Assembly: GCA_030295235.1 (NCBI GenBank)
Contig: AP026142.1
Coordinates: 806,001-854,523, forward strand
Direction of reading: 5' to 3'
Source of the DNA: Fistulifera solaris
Lineage: Eukaryota
Length of the DNA: 48,523 nucleotides
Position 1 is the first letter of the stretch. The number at the start of each line of letters is the position of its first letter. This document shows positions 19,944 through 33,100 of this stretch, piece after piece. The notes beneath the pieces were generated by a model. It did not search any database. It was not told where the DNA came from and saw nothing but the letters and a program-made list of their open reading frames with translations. The translations under genes and the position numbers were made by a program.

Positions 19944-19999
19944 AATGGCGTATAGATATATAAGAACATAAAGGTCGCGGCTGCCGAAACGACAGTCAG

Positions 20000-22900
20000 T
20001 ACACTTGCAGCAGAATATGTACTCTTGAGGGAACAATGACTTTAACCATTACCCATTGTCGCCGGGAAACGGAAGATTCGCCGGACATCCCTGGAATCCA
20101 GAAGAGCAACGGCCGTAGCGTATTATGCCACACCGCTTGGTATGCCCAATGTTTGCTCACTATGTCGGCTGCATTAAACTTCGCCAGGCATGTGATAAAA
20201 TCCAACCATCCCGCTAGCCACTGCTTCCCGAACTCGATGATAAGAAAGCGGTGTGTCTCTTATTCAATTTTCCATGTGGCGTACTAGCTGTGTCGATGAC
20301 GGTTTTATTATCACCAAAAACATAACTCTTTTCACGGATAGGGACACCCAAATATCGCAGCGTGAAATCAATGATTTGTTCAACACATGTTCTTGCCGGC
20401 TGTATATTCACTTCCAAAGGTGGCGGTTTCGACTGTTGCTTGTTTCTTCGAATACCACTCGATAGGCTGCATTCATTCAGGAAATGAAGAATACCTGTGA
20501 CTGATTTTCCCGTTAGAGTGCAATGCATAAGGTTTGCATCGACGTAGTGAACTGTGGTCACAAACTTTCCCAAGGCTTTGGGCGCGTCATGCGGAATTTC
20601 TTCTTTCGTGCCGCCATACACAGAGTACTTCCAGTCGTGCCCGGGATCCGGGATTGCCGAAAAATCAGGCTCTTTTGTCCGAATGCAAATGGCCGCGTTC
20701 CGCATGCAAAATAGATAGCCATAAATTCTCTTGGCTCGTTCCAAATGGCCTCTACGAGGTGCAGCTCGGAAAGACGATAGCGTCATTACAGCTGTCATAA
20801 TGTCGAAACGACCAATGGTGATGACCCACTGCAAAGCACCGATAAGCGACTGATACTTTTTAATTCCCTCTTCGTCCAATAGTTCGGACATATCGGTCTC
20901 GGGATGATCGCCAGGCACTAAAGGGGGAGTGGTAAGTCCTTTTGGCTTTTCACCAAAAAGTGTCTCATACGCTTTCATCATCCTTTCGATATACTTTCGC
21001 GGCGCATAACAAAGGTGTCCTTCCCCGTCGCTGAAAGAAATCCATACCTAGATGATACGAGATTGGACCGGTGCCTTTGAGTTTGAACTTGTGGGTTTCG
21101 GTAAGTTCTGTAACGATACTCATTGGATCCCGTGCAGCGATGGCAATATCGTCTACATAGACAGCGACGTATTCGTAGAGACCCTCATTTTCCCTCATCC
21201 AAATATCTGGCTCGGCTTTAGAAGGGAAAAAACCCATCGTGCGTAGTACATCTGCGAATCTCTCGTGCCAACGTAGGCCAGACGTGCGAAGGCCATACAG
21301 GGCTTTATTAATAACAAGGATATGCCCCGCACGCGCGCCAAAACTTGGTCCAGCGATGAAGTAGAGTTTCTCCTTGGTAAAAGCCTCGAGGTAGGCATTG
21401 CCGATGTCCGTTGCATAAAGAATGAGCTCATTAAGTTCCGAGATAAAACAGACAATGCGTAAACCGCGAAGAGTGACGACACCCGAATAAACTGACTCTA
21501 AGGGTATAGGTGTAAGATGGCCACCTGCAACTAATCGCGCCTTATGTCTACCGTCATGCTTAACGTCGAAGACGAAATGTACTCTAATCTTACGATAACC
21601 TTCTGGGGGTTTACATTTGTCTTTGTGCCCGTTATCGTGAAACGTGTCGTACTCGTCTAAAGCGCCAATTTCAAGGTCAATCGAGTCTCCCCATAGCGTA
21701 TTGCCGTTGATTCGATCTAGCCTCGCTGCGTCTTCCTCACTTAGCGCAATTTCATAACCGAACTTGTATTTCTTTGAGCTGCGGTAGTTTTGAAGCTTGG
21801 CCTGTTTGACGATGCGGCTAAAAACTTTGTCGTTTTGTTTAGCGATTTTCTTGAAAGATTTCCATCCATCTAAGTGCATAAGCTTGTGCTCGCGTGCATA
21901 GATGGCACATTCGACTGGAGCATCCTTTTGAAGATATTAAGCGGCTCCCACGTGGTCTCGCCATTTTCCCATTCGACTTTTACGTTATATAATGACCCTT
22001 TGTAGTTGGGGTCATCCGGTTTCAACGGGCCCTGATGATCAGAGATTGAACGGAAACGCCAATAAACCTCGTCATCGCCCTGATTCTCGGCGAGAAGGTC
22101 CATAAGTTCTTGGTATGACAGAATCTCTTCATACTCATTGTTATTCACGGAACATCGGAACTTAACGTGATCCGGCGATGTGTCGTGACTATTTTCGAAA
22201 TCGCCTAGAGCTTCAATGACGGTAGCTCGAAATCGTTGCCCGTCGTCACGGGGCTGTAGTAGAAACGAACGTCCCTGTAGATCCGAGTAGTTTTTAATTG
22301 GTGCTGCGCGCCACAACGTTTCTGCGGTGTTACTAGGACCGTTACTACTATCATTAGGAGTATCACCTAAAACGGGGCTATTCACACATGAACTCTCCCA
22401 CGGTGTGGCTCGGCGCCAGTTGGGGTCTGCATCGGTCACAGGGCGTAAATTGGAACGCAGAAGGATCCGGCCCGTGTCGGCAGAGAGGATTTTGTAGGTC
22501 AAAGCGTGCCCGACGTTATCAGAAATTCCGACCATGTATCCAAGTCCTTCACGGGTTGAAGTAGGAAAGGTGCTATCGTCTAATTTGTAGTAGACTTTCT
22601 GGTAGAAGTGAAAGCGAAGGAAGACACTAATGTCGGGTGTAGAACCGGTGCATCGTTGAAGAGGGACGCCATCAATACTATCATTGAAAACATGGCTCAA
22701 GAGGGAAGCCGTATACTGGAGGGCGAGCAACCAAAGGTCCGGTGGAAGCCCGTGCGGTCCATGATGGTATTACAGGAAGTCTTTAAATACTGTATGGTCC
22801 GGCTCAGCGGGATTTTGATGTTGGTGGGCCGGCTCACTTTGCCATTCGCCGATATAGAGAGTACGAAGAATATGCTGAACTTTTAAACTGGTTTCGACCT

Positions 22901-25841
22901 TAGCACTATCACTGATGAGGCGGTTGGGGCGCCACGCTCGCGAATGACATCCTCGAGGGTGTTAACAAACTGCGACTCAGTTTTGAGAGGGTAGACATCA
23001 ATGACCTTAGAGGTCGTACCGACAAAGATTTGAGCCATAGTAACACCAGAGTCAATAGCAGGACATTTCGCGAAAGATTGTATCAGTAGCCAAATCTTCG
23101 TTGCGGCGAGTAACATTTAAGCGCGGGATGGGGCGACTTGAAATGTTTCTTGAGAATAGTACCACCGGGAAGATGGAGAGTACTGTGTAGTATGCTGAAA
23201 AGTCTTACGAACGGTTTCCACACCTAGCCAACCCAAGAAAGGACGAAGCTCGGCGTAGTCTTTCTTTCCAGGGGTGACGTTGCGGCCAGGAAGAGGTGGC
23301 AAGTCGGGAGTGACGTCAGATGTGGGGTTCGTGGAGTCGGTCCCGAAGACTTGGAGCACAGGTGACGTCATAACCATAGCGGGTAGATGATGATAATGAG
23401 CAAAGGCACCGACTACATCGTCAAGTGATGTTAAAACTTCGGCAAACGGCGATGGAAAATTACGCGGATTATTTGTAGACATAAAATTAACATCGAGGGA
23501 GGTATGAAGCCTAGGTCGCCCGAACTAATGTAGCACCAAGTGCGTCGGAAGCGAAGATCGTTATCAAGCTCCCCATCATGGCAAGAATGGGTGGAATGAG
23601 ACGCGACAGCGCGGCCAAAATAATTTCCGCACTCGTCAAACAGAGTAGTGCGGCGAAAAGCATCATGCTGTTCCGTATCCAGGTCGGTGGGTGGGTCGCG
23701 GTCAAGATCAGCAGGGTCCCACGAATGTTCATCAGTCATGATAAGATGTGGGAGAAGATCATATTCGGCATCGGTAAACGGGCGGATCGGTAGGCGTTGG
23801 AAGCGAAGGGGAATCACATGCCCATCCAGCGTGGTAATACGTTGAGTACCGCCTACAGCAAGGGATCGATCGTCCACACGGTTACGGAAGGATTCCAGCT
23901 GAGCAGAAGAATGAATTGATGAACCACGGCCGATGTAGGCATAGTTATGGAATATGGCGATGCGAGGGCCAAGTTGAGTATCAATAACCCCACCAACCGT
24001 GGCGATTGGGACTGAATTCATCATATGATTATCAATACCTTGGATATCGACAGTATGGTGGGGAGAACGTGAAATGAGGCGAACATCATCACCGGCCACA
24101 CCCCCGTTAGCACCACGGTCAACCAAGGAGAGAGCAGGTTCATGGTCATGTAGGGAGACAAGATAACGAACTGCATTAACTTCCCTAGGTGCTGACGTAG
24201 CAGGTCGAGATGACGGCACACCCAAAAGCGGACATGGAAGCCGGGTGGGGTGGACGTTTTCCATTAGGGAATGCGGCACTACCACTATTTCCACCACTAG
24301 AACCAGTACCGTTTGTGACTAAAGGTGTAGTAGTAGCCGGTTCAGGGGAGAAGGAAACATGTTTGTCTTCACCTAGGGAAGAGTTACGTTCACTATCATG
24401 AGCGAAAACGGAAAGAAGGTCTCCAAGTTTAATATCATGAATATTAGCGTGCAGCTGTACTGCTGTTTCACGACCAAGGATAGCCGCACGTCCCGAGGAA
24501 GAGATAGAAAGCCAACCACGGCGGTCATTCTCAGTTAATGAAGACCAAGTGGTACTATCGACCGTGGTGCCGTTGTCCGCTGATTGCGATCAGTAGCGTA
24601 TGTGTCGTGAAAGTTTCTCCTTCCTCAACGTAGTTCCCATCGTACGATACCAATTCACCAATTTCGTGTGAGTAGACCTTTCGCGGTGGAGGAAAATTCT
24701 TGGTAAACTTGGAGTGTTTCGAAGATGGAAATTCCTTATCGTACGTTTGGGCCTGCGTCTTAAGTAACTCAGTATATGAGTCGAAGGTAGGAGGCGTGTC
24801 CGTAATGGATTCGATTCTGTTCCGCAATTTGGCCGACGGTACTGAAAGCCGATATACTGGACATCAACTGTTTCGCCAAGTTGAGCTTGACCGCCTCAGT
24901 AAGATCGCCAGTTCCGTTAGTGAGTTCGTAGTCACGAATCATACCGACCCACTTAAGAATAAAGTGTTCGGTAGATCCGGTCCAGGGAGTAACGCCATAA
25001 CGCCAAGAGATAATATCTTGCAACAAACTATTAGATGCAAATTCAGCGTGAGGCGGAATTAGTGTAATAGTTAAGTAAAGACATAAAAACTTGCTGAGGC
25101 GGTTACATCATTTCGTGAGAAATGATTCGGCTACCGGAGTCTTTAACGTCGCGAGCGAAAATTGACATCATGACTTCCTGTTTCGCGCAGAAAAGAGCAG
25201 CACTTTCAGAAGACATCGGCTCATAATCCGGATTGAGTACGTCCGACATGTCCTGGGCCTTGGCGTGGAGCCGGAACTCACGTAGCCAACTGTGCCATTC
25301 GGGCGACCCGGAAGACAGGGTAAACGGTGGTGTCGATTTTGATACTCTGCCGGAAATAATCCGGCTGGGGATTTTGTGGGCTTAGGCGTGAAAGTTGAAG
25401 GTACTATGGTAGCACCTCTTCGCATGGGGGTCCGAAGGTCCGTATCGTTAGCAAATGTGGCTGGAGAAGTAGGAACTGCATCTCCAATATCGCTACGCCG
25501 GAAATCTAGAAACCCTTCAGCGGCGTGAGTTGGAGATATCCGTCCGGGCCCATAGGTGGGAGGGAGCGGCAGAAACGAACCCATGTTCGAAAAGTACTTA
25601 GAGCCAGGGAGAAGAATCGGCGTTTTCTTCTTAGACCGGGTAGTTTGCAAGCCTGAATGTCCTGCTCACAAAAACCACGGAAACAGTCAACGTCATCCCA
25701 CCCGTTTTCAACAAGCGCTAAGTAGAGTGTAGAATCTTTGTTGAAGCCAAGGATGACCTCAAGTCACGTGGTCGAAGGGTCGCGCGTAGTGAGTCGGCAT
25801 GCAGCGTCCTCGACTTCTCGTTCAATGAAATCGTCAGACAT
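20000..25841 (-). pseudogene. gag-pol of copia element 1, broken by multiple frameshifts as assembled
   Basis: Likely ATG at 25841 (MSDDFIE...FDHV/LEVILG). Protease LVDRGANGG (~24120); integrase (AQIFVG, EDVIRERGAP); RT KHDGRHKARLVAGGH, TDIGNAYL, ALYGLRTSG, YVDD; RNase H YVDAN, FGDN, NAADIVSKHW. The 3' end is approximate. Confidence 0.9.
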
Positions 25842-26637
25842 CTTGGGGAAAGTTAGTTGTCCAGCTAACTTATCAGAGGAATGTCTCTTTGCTCACGGGG
25901 TGAACACGAAGGCAGAAACACTACTGCGTGCACGATATGCTGTGGTTGTGAAAGAGGAGAAACTTGCTCCTATCAAGTTTCTGCAGGCGTTGGAACCACT
26001 CTTTCCAGCTGTCTCTATGAACTTGAGTGGTGTGCGAGAAACACTAAACAAATAGTTGTCGCCGGGAAAGTAATAAATACTATCCTCACACCAGTTCACT
26101 GAAACTACGACTAGACAGGCCCTAGCCGCTCTCTTTATAGGGCGAGAGAAACCTAACCAAGTACTTTCGAGCCTCCGTAGGCTTCGCCCTAGTACCCGAG
26201 GGGCGCTAAATTTAATTCCAGGCTTTCGCCGAGGAAACCCTGCACCTATCTGACGAGCCAGTAAACTGACTACCAGACCCAGTACACACTCCGACAAACT
26301 CCAGCTCGATACAACACGGGGCGGGAAGAACTCGGTGGAATTCCAGGGGGCAACTCAACACGTCGTCCGACGGGCCGAAGAAGTAGAGCTCTCACGCGGC
26401 GGAAAGCCAATATAAACGAGGGAATTCCGGTAGATCGTCAGAAAACGTTCGCTGGGGCTTATCTTCCTTCGATTGAGACAGCGAATGGACCTTTCGCTGT
26501 TTCTGTAGGAGTGTTTTGAAGAAGAGCAGCGGACACGGGTAAGTGCCAGTGACGACGCAAAAAATAACGGAACCGTTATGAGTGAACAAACAGGTGTTCG
26601 TTCTCTATCGGCCGAATCCCAGTAGCGGACAAGTCGA

Positions 26638-26651
26638 TGCGACTGTTAATC
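26638..26651 (-). other. Primer-binding site complementary to the tRNA-Asn(GUU) anticodon arm
   Basis: The minus strand reads GATTAACAGTCGCA directly after the 5' LTR. The + strand TGCGACTGTTAATC parses as stem TGCGA, loop CT-GTT-AA, then TC. Confidence 0.8.
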
Positions 26652-27182
26652 TGACAAGTATTGCACGTGACCCGATTCAAATGGGTTTGAATGATAGCGA
26701 CAATCTGAAGGGGGGCGGATGCGAAGACTTCGTCTACCAACGACGAATCGACTGGCAAAACCAAGGCAGCGCAGTAACGTGAAGAAGCGCAATGAGCGTA
26801 ACAACAACAACAATTACTCTGTCAGTACCGAAATACCACAGAGGGCGCTTGTGAAGAACCTTTACCACCAACGATCAACAAGATGAAGATGCGGTGAAAA
26901 ATTAGGTATTATAAGGACTTGTCGTTGATGAAAATCATCAAGCGACAATACGATCGCATGGCATCAAGAGTTGTCAGCCACACGATTAATTAAACTACTT
27001 AAACTAATACAGTAAACAAAAATACTGTATAGAATCCAACATAGATTCCTTGACACCAAAGTGGACACGTCATTGAAGGAACAACGTCACTCAAGGTTCA
27101 GGACTGATATCGATCCCCCGATCGGAGCGTGCCACTCACGATTCAACCCTCGGGACTGCGTAATCAAAATAATAACTTGTCA
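26652..27182 (-). repeat. 5' LTR of copia element 1
   Basis: Direct repeat of 19400-19927 with TG...CA ends. Confidence 0.95.
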
Positions 27183-30100
27183 AGTGCGTTGTGCAAGTGC
27201 AAGTGCAGGTCGCGTTGTGCAGGTTCTGCAAGTGCAAGTGCGTTGTTCAAGTGCAAGTGCAAGTAATTGAAGTGCAAATTGTGCAAGTGGTGCAAAGTGC
27301 AAGTGCTAGTTGTGCAATTAGTGCAAGTGCAAGTTGTGCGTTGTGCAAGTCCGTTGTGCAAGTGCAAGTGCAAGTTGTGCAAGTCGTTGTGCATGTTGTG
27401 CAAGTGCAAGTGCATTGTGCAGGTTGTGCAAGTCGCGTTGTGCAAGTGCGTGCAAGTTGTGCAAGTGAATTCTTCAAGTGCAAGTCGTTGTTCAAGTGCA
27501 AGTGCAAGTGCAAGTCGTTGTTCAAGTGCAAGTGCAAGTAGTTGAAGTGCAAAATGTGCAAGTCGCGTTGTGCAAGTGCAAGTGTTGTTCAAGTGCAAGT
27601 TCAAGTTGTGCAAGTGCAAGTTGTGCAAGTGCGTTTTGCAAGAAGTGCAAATGCATTGTGCAGGTTTTGCAAGTGCAAGTGCAAGTGCATTGTGCAGGTT
27701 GTGCAAGTCGCGATGTGCAAGTTGTGGGAGTGCAAGTGCCAGTGCAAGTTGTGCAAGTGCATTCTTCAAGTGCAAGTCGCGTTGTTCAAGTGCAAGTCGT
27801 TGTTCAAGTGCAAGTGCAAGTAGTTGAAGTGCAAGTTGTGCAAGTGCAAGTTGTGCAAGTTGTGCAAGTGCATTCTTCAAGTTGTGCAAGTGGGTTGTGC
27901 AGGTTCTGCAAGTCGCGTTGTGCAAGTGCAGGTCGTTGTGCAGGTTCTGCAAGTGCAAGTAGTGCAAGTGCATTGTAGGGGTTGTGCAAGTCGCGTTGTG
28001 CAAGTGCAAGTTTTGCAAGTGCATTGTGCAAGTGCATTTTGCAAGTGCAAGTGCAAGTGCAAGTTGTTGGCAAGTTGTGCAAGTGCATTGTGCAAGTGCA
28101 AGTCGCGTTGTGCAAGTGCAAGTAGTTTAAGTGCAAGTTGTGCAAGTTGTGCAAGTGCATCTTTAAGTTGTGCAAGTCGCGTTGTGCAAGTTGTGGGAGT
28201 GCAAGTGCAAGTGCAAGTGCAAGTGCAAGTGCAAGTTGTGCAAGTGCATTCTTCAAGTGCAAGTCGTTGTTCAAGTGCAAGTTGTGCAAGTCGTTGTGCA
28301 AGTGCAAGTGTTGTTCAAGTGCAAGTTCAAGTTGTGCAAGTGCGTTTTGCAAAAGTGCAAATGCATTGTGCAGGTTGTGCATGTGCAAGTGCAAGTGCAT
28401 TGTGCAGGTTGTGCAAGTCGCGATGTGCAAGTTGTGGGAGTGCAAGTGCAAGTGCAAGTGCAAGTTGTGCAAGTGCATTATTCAAGTGCAAGTCGTTGTT
28501 ACGCCAAGTAGTTCAAGTGCAAGTTGTGCAAGAAGTGCAAATGCATTGTGCAGGTTGTGCAAGTGCAAGTGCAAGTGCATTGTGCAGGTTGTGCAAGTCG
28601 CGTTGTGCAAGTGCAAGTCGTTGTGCAGGTTCTGCAAGTGCAAGTAGTGCAAGTGCATAAGTTTTGCAAGAGCGTTGTGCAAGTGCATTTTGCAAATGCA
28701 AGTGCAAGTGCAAATTGTTGGCAAGTTGTGCAAGTGCAAGTCTGCGTTGTGCAAGTGCAAATGCATTGTGCAAGTGCAAGTGCGTTGTGCAGGTTGTGCA
28801 AGTCGCGATGTGCAAGTTGTGTGTTGTGCAAGTGCAAGTTGTGCAAGTGAATTCTTCAAGTGCAAGTCGTTGTTTAAGTGCAAGTCGTTGTTCAAGTGCA
28901 AGTGCAATTCTTCAAGTGCAAGTCTGCGTTGTTCAAGTGCAAGTGCAAGTGCAAGTCGTTGTTCAAGTGCAAGTGCAAGTGCAAGTCGTTGTTCAAGTGC
29001 AAGTGCAAGTAGTTTAAGTGCAAGTTGTGCAGTGCGTTGTGCAAGTAGTGCAAGTGCAAGTTGTACAAGTGCATTCTTCAAGTTGTGCTAGTCGTTGTGC
29101 AAGTTATGCAAGTGCAAGTGCAAGTCGTTGTGCAGGTTCTGCAAGTGCAAGTAGTGCAAGTGCATTGTGCAGGTTGTGCAAGTGCAAGTTGTGCAAGTGC
29201 AAGTTTTGCAAGTGCGTTGTGCAAGTGCATTTTGCAAGTGCAAGTGCAAGTGCAAGTTGTTGGCAAGTTGTGCAAGTGCATTGTGCAAGTGCAAGTCTGC
29301 GTTGTGCAAGTGCAAGTAGTTCAAGTGCAAGTTGTGCAAGAAGAGCAAATGCATTGTGCAGGTTGTGCAAGTGCAATTGCATTGTGCAGGTTATTGCAAG
29401 TGCAATGTGCAAGTGCATTGTGCAAGTGCAAGTTGTGCAAGTGCAAGTGCAAGTTGTTGGCAAGTTATTGCAAGTGTGTTGTGCATGTTGTGCAAGTGTG
29501 TTGTGCAAGAAGTGCAAATGCATTGTGCATGTTTTGCAAGTGCAAGTGCAAGTGCATTGTGCAGGTTGTGCAAGTGCAATGTGCAAGTGCATTGTGCAAG
29601 TGCACTGCATGAAGTTGTGCAAGTGCATTCTTCAAGTGCAAGTCGTTGTTCAAGTGCAAGTGCAAGTGCAAGTCGTTGTTCAAGTGCAAGTGCAAGTAGT
29701 TTAAGTGCAAAATGTGCAAGTCGTTGTGCAAGTGCAAGTGTTGTTCAAGTGCAAAATCAAGTTGTGCAAGTGCAAGTTGTGCAAGTCGTTTTGCAAGAAG
29801 TGCAAATGCATTGTACAGGTTGTGCAAGTGCATATGCATTGTGCAGGTTATTGCAAGTCGCGATGTGCAAGTTGTGGGAGTGCAAGTGCCAGTGCAAGTT
29901 GTGCAAGTGCATTCTTCAAGTGCAAGTCGTTGTTCAAGTGCAAGTCGTTGTTCAAGTGCAAGTCGTTGTTCAAGTGCAAGTGCAAGTAGTTGAAGTGCAA
30001 GTTGTGCAAGTGCAAGTTGTGCAAGTGCAAGTTGTGCAAGTCGCGTTGTGCAAGTTATTGCAAGTCGCGTTGTGCAAGTGCAAGTCGTTGTGCAGGTTCT

Positions 30101-33100
30101 GCAAGTGCAAGTAGTGCAAGTGCATTGTAGGGGTTGTGCAAGTGCAAGTTTTGCAAGTCTGCGTTGTGCAAGTGCATTTTGCAAGTGCAAGTGCAAGTGC
30201 AAATTGTTGGCAAGTTGTGCAAGTGCATTGTGCAAGTGCAAGTCGCGTTGTGCAAGTGCAAGTAGTTCAAGTGCAAGTTGTGCAAGAAGTGCAAATGCAT
30301 TGTGCAGGTTGTGCAAGTGCAAGTGCAAGTGCATTGTGCAGGTTGTGCAAGTCGCGATGTGCAAGTTGTGGGAGTGCAAGTGCAAGTGCAAGTGCAAGTT
30401 GTGCAAGTGCATTATTCAAGTGCAAGTCGTTGTGCATAGAAGTAGTTCAAGTGCAAGTTGTGCAAGAAGTGCAAATGCATTGTGCAGGTTGTGCAAGTGC
30501 AAGTGCAAGTGCATTGTGCAGGTTGTGCAAGTGCAATGTGCAAGTTGTTGGCAAGTTGTGCAAGTGTGTTGTGCATGTTGTGCAAGTCGTTGTGCAAGAA
30601 GTGCAAATGCATTGTGCATGTTTTGCAAGTGCAAGTGCAAGTGCATTGTGCAGGTTATTGCAAGTCGCGATGTGCAAGTTGTGTGTTGTGCAAGTGCATT
30701 CTTCAAATGCAAGTCGCGTTGTTTAAGTGCAAGTGCAAGTGCAAGTGGGTTGTTCAAGTGCAAGTGCAAGTAGTTTAAGTGCAAAATGTGCAAGTCGTTG
30801 TGCAAGTGCAAGTGTTGTTCAAGTGCAAGTTCAAGTTGTGCAAGTGCAAGTTGTGCAAGTCGTTTTGCAAGAAGTGCAAATGCATTGTACAGGTTGTGCA
30901 AGTGCAAGTGCATTGTGCAGGTTATTGCAAGTCGCGATGTGCAAGTTGTGGGAGTGCAAGTGCAAGTGCAAGTTGTGCAAGTACATTCTTCAAGTGCAAG
31001 TCGTTGTTTAAGTGCAAGTGCAAGTAGTTGAAGTGCAAGTTGTGCAAGTCGCGTTGTGCAAGTGCAAGTGTTGTTCAAGTGCAAGTTCAAGTGCAAGTGC
31101 AAGTTATGCAAGTGCAAGTTGTGCAAGTCGTTGTGCAAGAAATGCAAATGCATTGTGCAGGTTATTGCAAGTCGCGATGTGCAAGTTGTGTGTTGTGCAA
31201 GTGCAAGTTGTGCAAGTGAATTCTTCAAGTTGTGCAAGTCGTTGTTCAAGTGCAAGTCGTTGTTCAAGTGCAAGTCGTTGTTCAAGTGCAAGTGCATTGT
31301 TCAAGTGCAAGTGCAAGTTGTGCAAGTGCAAGTTGTGCAAGTAGTGCAAGTGCAAGTTGTGCAAGTGCATTCTTCAAGTTGTGCAAGTCGTTGTGCAAGT
31401 TGTGCAAGTCGCGTTGTGCAAGTGCAAGTGCAAGTCGTTGTGCAGGTTCTGCAAGTGCAAGTAGTGCAAGTGCATTGTTGGGGTTGTGCAAGTGCAAGTT
31501 TTGCAAGAGCGTTGTGCAAGTGCATTTTGCAAGTGCAAGTGCAAGTTGTTGGCAAGTTGTGCAAGTGCATTGTGCAAGTGCAAGTCGTTGTGCAGGTTAT
31601 TGCAAGTCGCGATGTGCAAGTTGTGTGTTGTGCAAGTGCAAGTTGTGCAAGTGCATTCTTCAAGTGCAAGTCGTTGTTCAAGTGCATTTTGCAAGTGCAA
31701 GTTGTGTGCAAGTTGTGTGCAAGTTGTGCAAGTGCATTGTGCAAGTGCAAGTCGTTGTGCAGGTTATTGCAAGTCGCGATGTGCAAGTTGTGTGTTGTGC
31801 AAGTGCAAGTTGTGCAAGTGCATTCTTAAAGTGCATGTGTGTTGTTCAAGTGCAAGTGCAAGTCGTTGTTCAAGTGCAAGTGCAAGTGGTTGAAGTGCAA
31901 GTTGTGCAAGTAGTGCAAAGTGCAAGTGCTAGTTGTGCAATTTGTGCAGAAGTGCAAGTTGTCGTTGTGCAAGTCCGTTGTGCAAGTGCAAGTGCAAGTT
32001 GTGCAAGTCGTTGTGCATGTTGTGCAAGTGCAAGTTGTCGCGAGTGCAAGTGCAAGTGCATTGTGCAGGTTGTGCAAGTCGTTGTGCAAGTGCAAGTGCA
32101 AGTTGTGCAAGTGAATTCTTCAAGTGCAAGTCGTTGTTCAAGTGCAAGTGTGTTGTTCAAGTGCAAGTGCAAGTCGTTGTGCAAGTGCAAGTCGTTGTTC
32201 AAGTGCAAGTGCATTCTTCAAGTGCAAGTCGTTGTTCAAGTGCAAGTTGTGCAAGTGCATTGTGCAAGTCGTTGTGCAAGTAGTGCAAGTGCAAGTTGTG
32301 CAAGTGCATTCTTCAAGTTGTGCAAGTCGCGTTGTGCAAGTCGTGCAAGTCGTTGTGCAAGTGCAAGTGCAAGTGGGTTGTGCAGGTTCTGCAAGTGCAA
32401 GTAGTGCAAGTGCATTGTTGGGGTTGTGCAAGTCGTTGTGCAAGTGCAAGTTGTGCAAGTGAAGTGCAAGTGCAAGTCGTTGTTCAAGTGCAAGTGCAAG
32501 TGCAAGTCGTTGTTCAAGTGCAAGTGCAAGTAGTTTAAGTGCAAAATGTGCAAGTCGCGTTGTGCAAGTGCAAGTGTTGTTCAAGTGCAAGTTCAAGTGC
32601 AAGTGCAAGTTATGCAAGTGCAAGTTGTGCAAGTCGTTGTGCAAGAGATGCAAATGCATTGTGCGGGTTATTGCAAGTCGCGATGTGCAAGTTGTGTGTT
32701 GTGCAAGTGCAAGTTGTGCAAGTGAATTCTTCAAGTTGTGCAAGTCGTTGTTCAAGTGCAAGTCGTTGTTCAAGTGCAAGTCGCGTTGTTCAAGTGCAAG
32801 TCGTTGTTCAAGTGCAAGTGCAAGTTGTGCAAGTGCAAGTTATTGCAAGTAGTGCAAGTGCAAGTTGTGCAAGTGCATTCTTCAAGTTGTGCAAGTCTGC
32901 GTTGTGCAAGTGCAAGTGCAAGTCGTTGTGCAGGTTCTGCAAGTGCAAGTAGTGCAAGTGCATTGTTGGGGTTGTGCAAGTGCAAGTTTTGCAAGAGCGT
33001 TGTGCAAGTGCATTTTGCAAGTGCAAGTGCAAGTTGTTGGCAAGTTGTGCAAGTGCATTGTGCAAGTGCAAGTCGCGTTGTGCAGGTTGTGCAAGTCGCG

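Larger units (their letters stand above)
19400..27182 (-). mobile_element. Full-length Ty1/copia LTR retrotransposon, diatom CoDi type (probably CoDi-I lineage), 7.8 kb
   Basis: Direct LTRs of 528 and 531 bp with TGACAAGT...ACTTGTCA termini. 5-bp TSD AGTGC (19395-19399 and 27183-27187). Domain order gag-PR-INT-RT-RH on the minus strand. Confidence 0.96.

Noticed and set aside
25738..26297. Extra or antisense ORFs in the leader of element 1
   Set aside because: Non-ATG starts, partial antisense overlap with the gag start at 25841, and no motifs.
26600..26680. A tRNA-Asn gene
   Set aside because: Only positions 27-40 are present, with no D arm, T arm or acceptor stem. It is a PBS.
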